Source of the DNA: Euglena gracilis | Lineage: Eukaryota | Length of the DNA stretch: 64,000 nt | NCBI GenBank assembly: GCA_039621445.1 | Contig: CP154954.1 | Coordinates: forward strand, 6,111,693-6,175,692 | Direction: 5' to 3' | Shown: positions 1-36,423 of the stretch, piece after piece | Layout of the letters: every line of letters begins with the position of its first letter | Position numbering within the stretch: the stretch's first letter is position 1 | The notes under the pieces: model-generated | What the model saw: the letters and a program-made list of their open reading frames with translations, nothing else | What the model was told of the DNA's origin: nothing | The model's database searches: none | Position numbers and translations under genes: made by a program

Positions 1-1990
1 CCAATATGTCACCCCGGGAAATTGTCACCCCCCTCCGTGCTGCCCAATCTGTCACCCCCCCACAGAAGATGTTTGTGAACTTTCTTCTCGCCGACACGAC
101 AGCCAAATGAGTTTAGTGTAAGATGGCACTGGAATTGCATTTGAAGGCTTTCAGCATCTGAGAACGTTCATACCAAACTGAAAACAAATAGAACGTATCA
201 GACCAGACTGATTCCCTGCAGTGTGTTCAAAAGAAAAAAAACAAAAAAAACAAAAAAGGGACTCTTGAAATACCTCCCACCCAACTGCCGCACGTGCAAA
301 AATAAAATAAAAAGTCGCAACTGGAGAAGGGGCTACTCCCCGGAGAGTGTGCGAGAACTCCCTGGGAGGGCTGAAACCATGGTTTGATATTGTGGGACAA
401 AGGCAAGTTTCAGCTTGACACGGCAAACAATTGAGGGGCAGCAATCAACAATAACCTCCCCAAATTTCATATTATTATACCCGCCCCCCCCCCCCTTGTC
501 GTACGACCGGGTTCCTGAAACCTGTGACCGGGGGGGGGGGGTGGTTGTAACACCCCACTAACCTTCAATCTGGGACCGGGGGGTGGTCATAAATGGGGGG
601 TGGTCGTACGACTAGGGGACTAGGGGGGGGGGGTAATTTGTAAGGGAGAAATTAGGCCCAAATTCAGCCTAACTTTGACCGAAAGCGGTTCCACCAAACT
701 CCACCCCATTTCAAAATTTTCAAAAAAGTGAGATATTGCCGGAAGACTGGCCTTAACTCTAACCCTATTCCCCTGAGATAACCCCAACTTTCCGAATTCT
801 TTCTGGGTGGAACTATAGGGCCCTTCCCCTTGGATGATCTGCATGCCCCCCCCTGGATGGCACAGGCTCAAGCTGAACAATTTATTTTGCCAGAAAAGGT
901 TGCCTTTTGCCTTCGCCTCAGAACATAAATTCACTCAGTGACTCCCCGGGTGGGGGTACTTTTTCCCGGGCCCAAACCCCCCCCCCCCCAATCCCCCCCC
1001 CCCCAAGAGGGTCAACCACCCATCCACTCAAATCCAGCCAAATACAGCCAAAAACGCTAAAAACACTTACTGGCCCAGCCTTTTGGTCGGGCAAAAACCT
1101 GACCCATGGTGCACCCCACGGGGGTAGTCCCGGGGCCCAACCCACCCATCCACTCTCGAAAAGCCCCTCGGGGGAGGGCTCACACAGCTGTTAAATGAAT
1201 CTATGCTCCAGACAATGATACTTTTCAAAATCTATTTCTGTCTGGCATTTAAATTTGGTAAACAAGGGGCTCTACATTTTTGAATTGTTCTCACAAGCGG
1301 AGTTCATATTTGGGGTTGTCCCAGGAGGGTCACGGTCGGGGATCTTGTTTAAGATCCTCGTGCATGAATGTGAAATGTGAAAAATACACAGCAAAAACCT
1401 TGAATATAGTGTGCCCTGTGAACTCCCCTTTGCTGTGCAAGTCTTCTGACACACAAATGCCTTATGCAAAATGCCAAAAATACAACCACAGCCAATTGGC
1501 ACATAGCACGTAGCATAAATGTATGGTGTATGGCACTAAACCCCCCCTAATAGAAGCACGGGGCCGCTACAAGCGCAGGGTCCAAATAAAAGTGCACCCC
1601 CGCCGCCGAAGGCGGCGGTCTGCTACAGGCGCACCCCCCCCCCATTTTGATGGGATTTCTAAAGAAAATCAACCAAAATCGCGCAGACAGGGTCCAAATA
1701 GAAGTGCACCCCCGCCGCCGGAGGCGGCGGTCCACTATAAGCGCACCCGTGCTTCTATTAGAGGGGGGGGGGGTTAACTACAGTGATATGGCGGATGGCA
1801 CTATCTCGAAATATTTTGAGGTTGTTGTAAGGATGCAATTTAAGCCTCCCCCTTTGCGGGGCCTGAAAATTTCAGACGTTGCTTGATTCAACTGCCCCAG
1901 GTTGCATTCACCGCCACAAGCCTTGACCCCATAGATGAAATTGGACGCTGCAATATCCAACGGTGGGAAAAAAATTCCTGTGCTCAGCCT

Positions 1991-4797
1991 TCACACAAGC
2001 TTCGCCAGGGCGGCTCCGACGTAGAGGGCGAGGAACATGAGCGGAAACGAGCCCAGGGCGGAGAGGTACGCCCCCGCCCGCCGCCCCTGCGGCCCGCCGC
2101 TGGCGTAGCCCCAGCCGTACAGGAAGCGCGCCGCCACCCACACGAGGCCCAGCGCCGCGGCGGCCTTGGGGCAGGGCTGCCGGGCGGAAGGGGGCAGGGG
2201 CCTGGATGGCTCCCGGCTGAGGAAGAGAGGGCTCTTCAAAATGCGGAGGCGATAAGTCTGGGTCTCCGGTACAAATTGTTCTGATCCGATACACCACGCA
2301 TGCCGTATCCCAAGGAGCCTGCAGGTCTGCGAGGTATGGGTACCTTCAGGGGTGAATCCATTTTGGGTCCCGGTTGGGAACACGAAACAACACAAAACAA
2401 GCGCATTCCCCTCAGAAATGGTCATTTTAGGGGACCCAGCACCTTGATGCCATAGCACTGCCCACCCCAAAAGCCCAGAGTGCAATAACGCCTTACTCCA
2501 ACTTTTCCAGTTAGTATTTAACTTTGAACTCCGAAAAATGCTTCCAGACATTTTTTTGAACCTGCAGATACCAAACGTGGTCCAAAATGGCCAAAAAAAA
2601 AGCCAAACAGGCCAAAAGTTGCTGGTTGGCAGGAAACCAGGCAAAAAAGAGAACGGAAATCAACTGCAGATGGGGTACTGGTGGAAATTTGTGAAAATTT
2701 CACATTTGGAAATGATCTTCTCACGCGGTGCACGCGGTGCGCCACGCGGTGCACGCGTTGCGGAAGCATCTCCATTGCAGGCTGTCACTCACTGCTGTTG
2801 CTGTGCATCCCCATGCATTTCTACGGTCTTTACGTCACAAAATGAGTGTAGGTTTGAGAATTGCCCTCCTTGGATTTGTCTTTTTTCCATCTGTGCTCAT
2901 ACGTGAACAGATTGTGCCAGCCCCCCCTCCCCCGGCTGTCAAAGCCCAATAACCATTGGAAAAGCCTGGGAAATTGTCAGGCTTCCCAGCACAAGCCAAT
3001 TTGTCACGGTCGGGGTGGGGTGCACCACGGATCCAATTTTTGCCAGGTCGAAGGCCAAGCCGGAAATTTTATTTCAGCGTTTTCGGTCGATTTTGGCTGG
3101 AGTTAGGGTGGGTGGGTGGGTGGGTGGGTGGGTGGTGGGCCCAGGGGGGGGGGGTCGTGGGTGTGTGGGTTTTCGAAAAAAGTGGGTGGGTGAATTTTGG
3201 CCAGGAAAATGCTCCCACCCCCGGGGAGCCACTAAGTGAATCTGTGCTGGCGAAAACACACAATTCAGGCCTCGATTAACATTTCACTGACTTTCACAAC
3301 CCATTGGTTTTTGGAACAAAGAAATATCTGTATCGTGTGGTTGGTGAACGCCAGCTTTCCAGCACCTAATATAATTGTCAGGAATTACAGTTAAAGAGTT
3401 AGCAGTTTGGCGTTAACCCCCAAAATAGACCGTGAAAAAGTAACACCCATTCCCGCTGCCCAAATTTAAACCCCCTGATGATGCTTTCAGACCAGCGCCC
3501 ACGCTCGGCGGCCCCCTCGGGGAACAGCAGCCCGTCTACCAACATCAGGATCTGGACGGGCCCCCAGGACTCCAGCGTATTGCGCCCAGGGCAGCTGGGG
3601 CAGGAAGGGGTGGCCGAGCAGCGAGAGGGGGGGAAATGTGCGCAATTTATGACCCCGACCAAGGCCATGGGGATAAGCCATGGGGATGAGACAAGATCTC
3701 ATTCAAATTTGAATTCATGCGAAGAGCACCACAAATCAAGGTTGACAAGGTTGGCTGCTGTGATCCGGGAGTCCCAGCTGGCCCATCATTGGGGGGGGGG
3801 GTGGGGGCAGGAATTGGCAGCGCGGCTGGTTCCAGACGCCGGTGAGAGGGATGACGCTTCGGTAGGGGGAGGGTGTCTGCCACAATGAGCCATTCCCCAG
3901 CCGGCCCTGGCCTTGGTGAGCGCGCTGGACGGAGTTGAACTTCTCGTGCTCCTTGTGCTCCCTGTCCCGGCATGGGCCCGTCCCACCTTGGCAGGGCCCC
4001 CAATGACAAAAGCCCAGGTGCCCCAGGAAAATGAGTCCCGTGACTGCTTTCCAAACCCTCCCAACATTTTCGTCACTCTCCGACCAGGCAAATGGATGGT
4101 GATGGGGAGGCCCTCTGCGCACAGGGGGGGGGGAGAGGTTGGATATTTTCAAGGGGTTTTTGGGCACCAATAAGTAGTACTGGAGGCATTTGGCCAGTAG
4201 GAAGGGTGGCACGCCAAACCTGGTGTGCCACCAAACGAAGATATGGAGGTGGGAAATGTGTATTCGAATATGGAGTGGTTCCGTTCCATGTTAACATAAC
4301 CAAAAAAATCAGAATTCTGCAACAAAAATCTATTTTTCCCCATTCACTCAAAGGGTGTGGGCCTCTTACCACCTGACTGTTGAGCCACGTGAGCAGTTCA
4401 GAGCGAATCGGGGCGTTTATGATGAGATGAACAACCAAATATTCCATTGCAAAGTTAAGGTGGCGAAACAGTCTGGAAACAAATCACCCCATTCCACACC
4501 TGTCATCCTTCACATCACATGAGCCATGGTTTTAATATGCCCAAACGGTCCCACAGGGTCCCACCTCACACATGTGCAACAGAACTGAAAAGCTGTAAGC
4601 TATCGTGCAGAAAGATGGTTGGTTGTGAGGAAGATGGTGTTTAGGGAGAACCCATGGGCGGCATACAGCGCCGGGTATGGCACATTGTACTTCTTGCGGG
4701 CGTTCATCACGAGGGTCATCAGGTACAGGTTGAGGAACCAGGAGAGGCCGATCACCAGCACCACGTACCCATACTCGTCCGGGATGGAGACAGCCAT
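1991..4797 (-). CDS. MGST3: MAPEG family microsomal glutathione S-transferase 3-like, 143 aa, 4 exons (4797-4660, 3966-3913, 3581-3519, 2167-1991)
   Basis: Joined exons read MAVSIPDEYGYVVLV...ARKKYNVPYPALYA|DREHKEHEKFNSVQRAHQ|NTLESWGPVQILMLVDGLLFP|KAAAALGLVWVAARFLYGWGYASGGPQGRRAG...LV*. This contains the MAPEG F-N-x-x-Q-R-A-H-Q-N-T-L-E and R-x-x-Y-x-x-G-Y motifs. All three introns are phase 0 and non-GT-AG. Confidence 0.93.
3582..3912 (-). other. Euglenid nonconventional intron (MGST3 intron 2)
   Basis: CAA|ggcCAGGGCcggctgggg ... ccccagctGCCCTGggcgc|AAT. Removal joins AHQ to NTLE in frame. Confidence 0.92.
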
Positions 4798-4827
4798 TTC
4801 GGGTGTGTTGGAGGGGAGATGAACGCA

Positions 4828-4850
4828 CTGTGCGAGGAGGCGAGCGTGGA
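4828..4850 (-). promoter_or_regulatory. Putative spliced-leader trans-splice acceptor upstream of the MGST3 ATG
   Basis: Pyrimidine-rich TCCACGCTCGCCTCCTCGCA followed by CAG, 30 nt before the ATG, with no upstream exon seen. Euglenozoa trans-splice their mRNAs; this particular site is inferred. Confidence 0.45.
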
Positions 4851-6198
4851 CGACGTGGTGGGGAATGGGCCGTGATATGTTTAACGTGTGGTCAGGTGGC
4901 ATGTTTTTAGAGTACTTTGAACTCGGTCCCATTTTCAAGTCTTTTCTTTTTTCTGCAACGAGGTGTTTCTTCTTACACTTGGGGAGGGGTGAGGGAGTCC
5001 CCCACCCACCCACCACCCACCCACCCACCCAGGGATACCACCTACGACCCCGGAGGGAGTGGAAGCACTTCTTGGGTACCACTTTCAATGTTTCAAAAAT
5101 TCTGGCGCTTTGCACCAAAAAGAAGAAGAAAAAACGCCCAAATCCACTTCACCCCACCCCCTGAAGGAGGGAGGAGGCTTGCATATGGACATTTGGCAGC
5201 TTTCTTGCCTCGCTCAGTCCACTCAGCACTGAGGACGCTGACATCTTCACAGGTTTGCAGTTGGAAACATCCTTTGAGATCCAAGGTAAACTCTGACAAA
5301 CGACCAGACCACCGGGGGGGAGGACTTCCACCCTTCCAAAAAGAAGTCGCTCGCTTTCTTCTGGAAAACCAGTCAGCCTTAACACTCAGGGGTCAGCCAC
5401 TTTGGAATCCAAGGGAAATTTGACCACATTTTCCGAATCCTTCGGCGGCGGGTCACTTTAGCGGAGGGGGGGTCCGGGCCAAAGAAACAGTCAGCCATCT
5501 GAAAAAACCAGTCACCCTATGGGGGGGGGGTCGGCCAGTGATTAAGTGATTGGGGGAGACTTGCGGTCAGTTAGTGACCCCCCCCCCAGGGTCAACCACC
5601 CACCCACCCACCCACCCAAATTTCTGCGATTACACGTGATTAACTGGGGGTCCCGGATTGATGAACAAAACTTTTCAAAGAAAAATCACGTCGTTGATGA
5701 ATAATATGTCCTCGTTGGAAATCTTGGGTCGAAATGGCAAAGTGCCAAGGGGGGCCCTAGGTGGGGTCCTATTACCCTCACCCCCCCCTCAAAGTGGCCA
5801 CCCTCCAGGCACCGTGGGAGTATGACCAGATAACATTCCCACGGGAGGACTTGAGGGATAAATAATTTCTTAACCAAAGATTGACATAATTTCATCGGCT
5901 CTTATCCAGTGTGATGGAATTCTAGGCAATTCTCAGATGTGCGTTGAAGGGGGTGGCCTCATCGTTGAATCATCGTTGGACAAAGGATGTACAAAAGTGT
6001 GAACGGCAGACGTCACAGAGGAAGGGGAGAGACACAACCGTGCTAGCCATTGAGAGGCGGCACTCTATGGAGTGTGACGCGGTGTCTCTCATGCTGCCAA
6101 AAAAAAGCTGATAGCTCAGGCAGGAAGGAACAGAACAGAACAGAACAGAAGGGAGGGAGACCGACCATGTTTGACAATGTGACCGGTCTGTGTCCCGG

Positions 6199-29785
<23,587 letters not shown>

Positions 29786-31089
29786 CTGCGGGGACCAGAT
29801 GACCACACCAATGCTGTTGTGCAACAAACACATTTTTGCACATTCGAAAAATCACCAAACCAGAAGGCAATACTGGTTGGAGTGGCATTTTGGACAATAC
29901 AGACTCTGTGACCAGGGGCGAGGGGGTGCCTTGCACTCTAGCGTGCTGTCCATAATGGGTCCTCAATTTGTTTTGGGCCCGACCCAGGCATTTATTTTCA
30001 TGGCATTTGGCATTGGCAGAACAGTCCGGAGCACTTTCGGCGTTGGAGGGGTGCTCTAACGCAACCCACTCCAAAACCTGACTGCAACAAAAAAAGAGTT
30101 GAAAATACAAGCTCATCCATAGCTTCCTTAAAAAGAGTTCAGATTAGCAAACAATTTAGCACACCGTCTCAGCAGTCATCCAGGGATCATCTGTGCAAAG
30201 CACAAACAATCATTTGGGGAGAGGGCTTGATCTGAGAAGAGGGCAGTCGTCACCGTTTAAAACATTCAAATATTGGTATTCTTTGGCAGGTGCAAAAACG
30301 TCAGCGAACAGTGTTCCAGCCTGCTACACCCTCCAGGATTTTTAACAAATCTCCTGCCAGGAGGGGAAAATACGCACTGTTGACATTTTACAACTCGCAA
30401 ACTACACAGAAAAACAACAAGAAGAAAGGTGCTGGATGGCACCAAAAAATGGTAAAATCTGGAGACAACACCCCCCAAAACCAGCAAAAAATCATTTTGA
30501 CTTGTTTTAGGACCCTCTCACACATAGAAGGATTTTTTTCTGACGAAAATTTCAACAAAATATTACATTTTTTGTTTTTTTTCTAAAAAAAGAGACCCTC
30601 AAAAAAAAAACGCCCCCTTGGATCTTTCAGCAGCCGACCCAAGGAGCATGACCAGGTGCCTTATTTAGTGGGTTATAGCTAGGTTCCCTGCCAACATCAA
30701 GCCAAATTATTTTCCCCCGACTGCCGAGGCATCATGGAGATAACCACGTCGTTGAGATTTGAATTACTCATTTTGATTGCTATCACTATTTTGTTTCTTC
30801 TTCTTCTTGTTCTTCTTTGTTTCTTCTTGTTTCTCTTTTCTTTTCTGTTCAGTAGAAAATTCTCAAGCAATTGCAAAGAACTCAAAGCATAAAATCACAA
30901 AGCTTTCCCTGACAGACAACGGGGGAAGCAACGAGCTGCAGTGGCGACAGAAAGAGTAACACGGAAGGGTCGGCCCCTGAAACGGCCGCGAGCTCAGCAG
31001 AGCGCTGGGCAATGCCCAAAGGGCAGGGTCAGTGGGTAATGAGAGTAGAGGTGGGGGGATAGAGCCACAGCGGGGCCACCCGGGGTCTG

Positions 31090-32645
31090 TCAGTCGGCAA
31101 TCCACTCGATGCCCGCCCCGGGCCCCGTCCGCATCTCCCACACACCGCCACGCCTTTGCTTCGCGACTGTTGCGCAGAGCCCTCCCGAAGGATGGGGGGT
31201 CATCAGCACGCCGCGGTCCTGCCTTCCCCGCAAAACAAAAACGCGCCAGTCCTTAGGGCACGTTTCGATGGCACAGGCGTTTGTCAACCAAGCGCTGTGT
31301 GCACTGTGTGCTGAGCTGGGGGTTGAAGGGTAAGGGGGATATCGGGGGACGGCGGAAATTTGAGGGAAAACCAACATTGGCATCCAGAACAAAGAAATGA
31401 TTTGACTCTGGACTGGAGGATCCTCCATCGAACCGAGACGGACCATTTTGCATTTACGCAGTTGACTCTGTTTCCAAATTTTGGTTTAGGGTTGATATTT
31501 TTTGAGAAATGAAATTGTGACATTTTGTAACAAACACCCTAAATGACACAAAAAACAAATTTCCACAGTCGCACAGAAGAAACATTGTGGGAAGGTGGGT
31601 ACAACCCAGAGGCCTTGCTGGGTAACCATCCAGTCCCCCTCCCGATCGAGCAAGGAAAGGCCAGCCTTCCACCTTGCCACGGACGAAATGGGCGCAGCAG
31701 CAGTAGTCCGTGCGGTACACCATCGCCCCCGGAGGCAGCAGATTGCCTGGGGCAGGCGGGGGGGGGGGAACCAAAACAAGACCAATCAAGGATTTCAAAT
31801 TGCTCAAAAATACTGAACAATTCTCAAATTCAGCTGATCGCATATTGCCCCAGAGGCTACACAGCCATTTAAATGGACAATTCTTCTTAAAATTTCACTA
31901 CTATGGAGTGTGGACAAAATATGGAACAAAACTTACTCAGTTCTGGAGCTTGCGGACGAGGAGTTGCACACATTTGAGGAAAGTAGATAATTCCTTCGAC
32001 AATTTTAGAACAATTGAACAGTCTTATAATGATTTTTTTTCATTTCCTGTCTAGCAGCAAATACAATAAATATTCCAATTTTTCACAAGGGAACCATCTT
32101 AAATATCCAAAATCCAACAATTCCCAATTGGATTCCGGAGCCAAAGCAAATAACCGCTTTTTTTTTAGGAGTAAACCTCATGAAACGTCTGGTCAACTCA
32201 CACTCCAATTGGGCCCAGGCCTACACGAATCCGAACCCAACGGTGGCAACCAGCGGAAAGTGTGCCGACCCCAAGACAGTTGTCACCGCCCTCCCCTGAT
32301 GCGTGGCCAATAAATGAATTGTTCTAACGCCTCAAAATGGGCAAATCGACACTTTGGGAGGACTGCTGGGGCACCCTAAGGATTTCTGAACCCCTTCTGG
32401 AAACAGGTGGACAATTATCACCCCCTTCTGTGCTGTCCAGCTTGTCAGCCCCGGGAGTCCCCCCTCCCCTTTGCTGCCCAAGTTGTTCCACGACGAATTC
32501 CTGGAAGGTTTCTACGGCTTGAGGGCTAGCCAATTTTTTTTGTTGAGGAGGAGCCCTGAAAAGGAATACCCATTGAGAAGCGGTGGAATTTTTGGGGTCG
32601 TTAGAACCACATCATGTTTCGTTTGGAAACATTTATAAAACAATG

Positions 32646-32704
<59 letters not shown>

Positions 32705-32715
32705 GTATATATATG

Positions 32716-32755
<40 letters not shown>

Positions 32756-32967
32756 TATATATGTATACATATATATATATGTATACATATATACATATAC
32801 ATATATACATATATGTATATATATACATATCTATATACATATATATGTATATATACATATATATACATATATATGTATACATATACATATATGTATATAT
32901 ATGTATATATTATGTATATATATATGTATATATTATTATTATATTATATTATTATGTATATATATAT

Positions 32968-33010
<43 letters not shown>

Positions 33011-33633
33011 ACATATACATATATATACATACACACACATATATGGCAAGGCTAATTTAATTTAATTAATTTACTGGGCCCCCCCCGGGGGGGGGTCCCA
33101 GTAGCTGTACCTACCGGGGACTTCGGCCTCCCAGGTAAAACTACTGGGACCCCCCCTGTGTTTTCCCTGGGGAAACCCACCTACTACCGGAAATTTTCTT
33201 CGCCGGAGGGGTTATTAGGGGGTTATTTCAGGCTTAGGGTTTAGGGTAGTTTAGGGTAGTTTAGGGTTACGGTTTGGATTCGGGTTCGGGTTCGGGTGAA
33301 GGGGTCGGGGATGGGGGAAATTCGGCGGTTGGACCGGATTTCGGCCGATTTTTAGAACGAATTTCCGGTCCAATCTTTTATATGAATTTCGACCCGATTT
33401 CGGCACACCTGTTTTCCCAAATCGTAACCCTAACCCTACTCCTGCTTTTAACCCCCATCCCGATCCCGTAATCAACGGATATACGGCGCGTTGGGGCACG
33501 AAAACCAAAAATTTGGAGTTGGTGAAAGAAGTGGGACCCCCGCCCCCAGTTTAAACTACTGGGACCCCCACGGGGGGGGGGGGGCCAGTAAATTAGCCTT
33601 GCCATATATATACATATATATATACATATATAT

Positions 33634-33694
<61 letters not shown>

Positions 33695-33720
33695 TATATA
33701 AATATATATATATATCTATA

Positions 33721-33769
<49 letters not shown>

Positions 33770-33836
33770 AGACCAACCCTGCCCCACCCGAAGGGGTGGG
33801 TGGGTAACCCTAACCCTAACCCTAACCCTAACCCTA

Positions 33837-33905
<69 letters not shown>

Positions 33906-36374
33906 ACAGACCAACCCTGCCCCACCCGAAGGGGTGGGTTGAAAATCGACAACGGTGGTTGGAACTTCCCCCACCCAAATACCTCGACCCCCTACATTCA
34001 TTCAGCATGTGGGGTTGGCGTCACACCGACGCAGGCGGCCACAGCGTCCCCGTGGGAGATCAGCAGCACATTGGCCGGGCTGTACTGCTCCGCCACTCGG
34101 GCGAGTGCCGTCACAAAGCGGACGTGTGCACTGCCGCCGATGCCCCGCTGCTCGCCCCACCGCGGCATCGGCGGCGACCCCTGCGTGGCTGCACACCCCT
34201 GACGGTCCGATTCCAGGGCCAATGCTCATCAACCCCAGTTTGTTATTCAGATGGTCCTCTTGGTGGGGGGTCCCAGGTGTGGTGGGGGGTCTGTGTGCTC
34301 TGGGGTCGTGCCAATTATATGGCCGTTGGTGACCGCAAAGCTGGAAGGCTGCATTTTCTCCAACCGAAACGAACTGTGGTCCGCACTCCCGCGCGCTTTC
34401 GCAGATGTTGCACCTCAGCAAATTGGGGTTTTGTATGAATCCATGCCTAGCCGCATTGTGGCTGTCCTGGACTCGCATGGAGGGCCCGCACGTTATTGAA
34501 GCCTTCCTCCAGCTCATTACCATCATTTGAATGGCAAAAGCCCGTAATTATTGATGCAAGAACGATAGACACCATAATCCTTGCAGCTAAATATACCTTG
34601 TGCAGCTCGAGTGAGTTTCGGGGGGAACTTCGTTTTTTTGAGTGTCCCACTATTTAGTTCCGGTGGACTGTCCCACTATTTAGTTCCCCTACTGTAATGG
34701 TATTCTGATTTCCTCATAACTCTCCGCCAAGCCCAAAAGCATGGCCGCTTTATGCCCCAAAGCAGCGTGGCAGGCTTCCAACTCAGCCGTTTTCGGCAAT
34801 TTCAGGGCCAAAAAAATCAATATTTCCGTAACTCCATGGCTAGCCCAAGGAAGCCTGTTTCGCTCCAAGTCTGTACTATTTTGGCCTGTTTTTGACTGAG
34901 CTGTTTTCGGCCATTTTGGGGTCAAAACAGCGAAAATTTCAAAATATCTCCAAAACGGTGGCTAAGCAAAAGAAATCACTGGCGATGTAAAAAAAAAAGC
35001 CCCCTTGACCCTCTACTGCCTTGCATAAGCCGCCAGGGGCAGCCCGTTTTGTCCATTTCCGGGTCAAAAAAGGTGGGGAAAAAAAGAGGGGGAAAAATGG
35101 CCCAAAACCAAATTTTTGGGCCTCCCGGACCCAGAAAAACTGTTTTCGAGCCGAAAATGAGCGTTTTTCGACCCCAGGCTCCCCGTTTTCGGCCCAAAAC
35201 GGATGTATTTTGGGTCATTTCTGGGTCAAAAAGGGCGAAAAAATTTCTGTGTAAAAAATGTCGAAAAAAATCGAAATTTTTTTTGGCCAAAAACACCTTT
35301 TTGGGCCTCCCGGACGACGGGCCGCCGTCGTGCTGCCAGGTTGCCTACTAGGCCCGGCGGGCAGCCGTGGCTGCCACAAGCCTCAAGCATCTGCTGCACC
35401 ATGGCACCATCAGACAGCTCAGCACTACACAAAACCTGGTTCTATGGGGCACCTGGGAAGGTTGGCCCCCCCCATGGAGGAGGGCATTTTCGATCCCTCC
35501 TCTTGCGGGGAGGAGGGTGGGGTTTTGGGGTGAGTAATGTTAGAGCACGGGGCCTGAACATGGCCATTTTCAAGAGATAATTGGCCTGGTCGACAAGCAC
35601 CAAGAAAACGGACCCCTGGGTGGTGGTTCTTAAACAGGCAACCTACACCTTCCCCCATGGGGTTTTAAAGAAAAATGGCCTGGCATGCACACCACTCACC
35701 ACGACAAGAACACTTGGATTTTTGAATTGAAACTGAAAACAAACTTTCAAAACGGTTGAACAGGCTTCTTTTGACAACTGCCATGTGCCTGTCCGCAGCA
35801 AGCACCGGGGTTTCTTTTAAGACCGGGGGAGGGGGCGGCCCGCCCATGTGGGGGGTACTCTCAAGGGCGGGGGAAGGGGTATGGGTTCAATATAAAAGCA
35901 GGGAGGGTCTGGACCTCCTACCCCCTCCGGTCCAACAGGGAGGGGACACTCCCCCTCATACCTAAAGCCTGATTTTTGGCTCAGCGCAAAACTCCGGGCC
36001 GAAATTTTTTGAACCCCCAGAACGGCCAAAAATGCCATTTTGGGCACTGTTTGGGAAAAATTTGTCATAAATGCAAAAAAAATTCGGCGCCAGAAAGAAT
36101 ATTTTTACCTTTTGGGTGGATCTTGGGGCACCCCCCCCCCTGGATCGGTCCGGACCCCCGTGGCAGGTGGCAGGGGCGTGTCTGAGGGCGATGAAGGCCT
36201 TGCCGCGGAAATGGGCGGCGAGGTCGGTGGGGCTCAGCACCACTGGCTGGGGCCAGCGCAGCGGATGCGGTAACCCATAATAGTCCCCTGCGACTTCGAT
36301 GGGCAGGCTCCTCCTCGCCTGAGAATTGAGACGCCACACTCCAGAGGACTGGGAAAATGCTGTTGACGGTGTGT

Positions 36375-36423
<49 letters not shown>

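Noticed and set aside
928-3245. Inverted repeat pair (~928-1060 and ~3060-3245) as a transposon capturing MGST3 exon 4
   Set aside because: The copies are diverged members of a dispersed family (similar sequence near 63020-63210), and no TSD was found.
31670-31747. Second GRAM domain (DYCCCAHF)
   Set aside because: It splices in phase to the SHGDAV exon and fits the phosphatase C-terminus.
32512-34438. Long ORFs rich in IY/YI (up to 315 aa)
   Set aside because: They are translations of (TA)n microsatellites.
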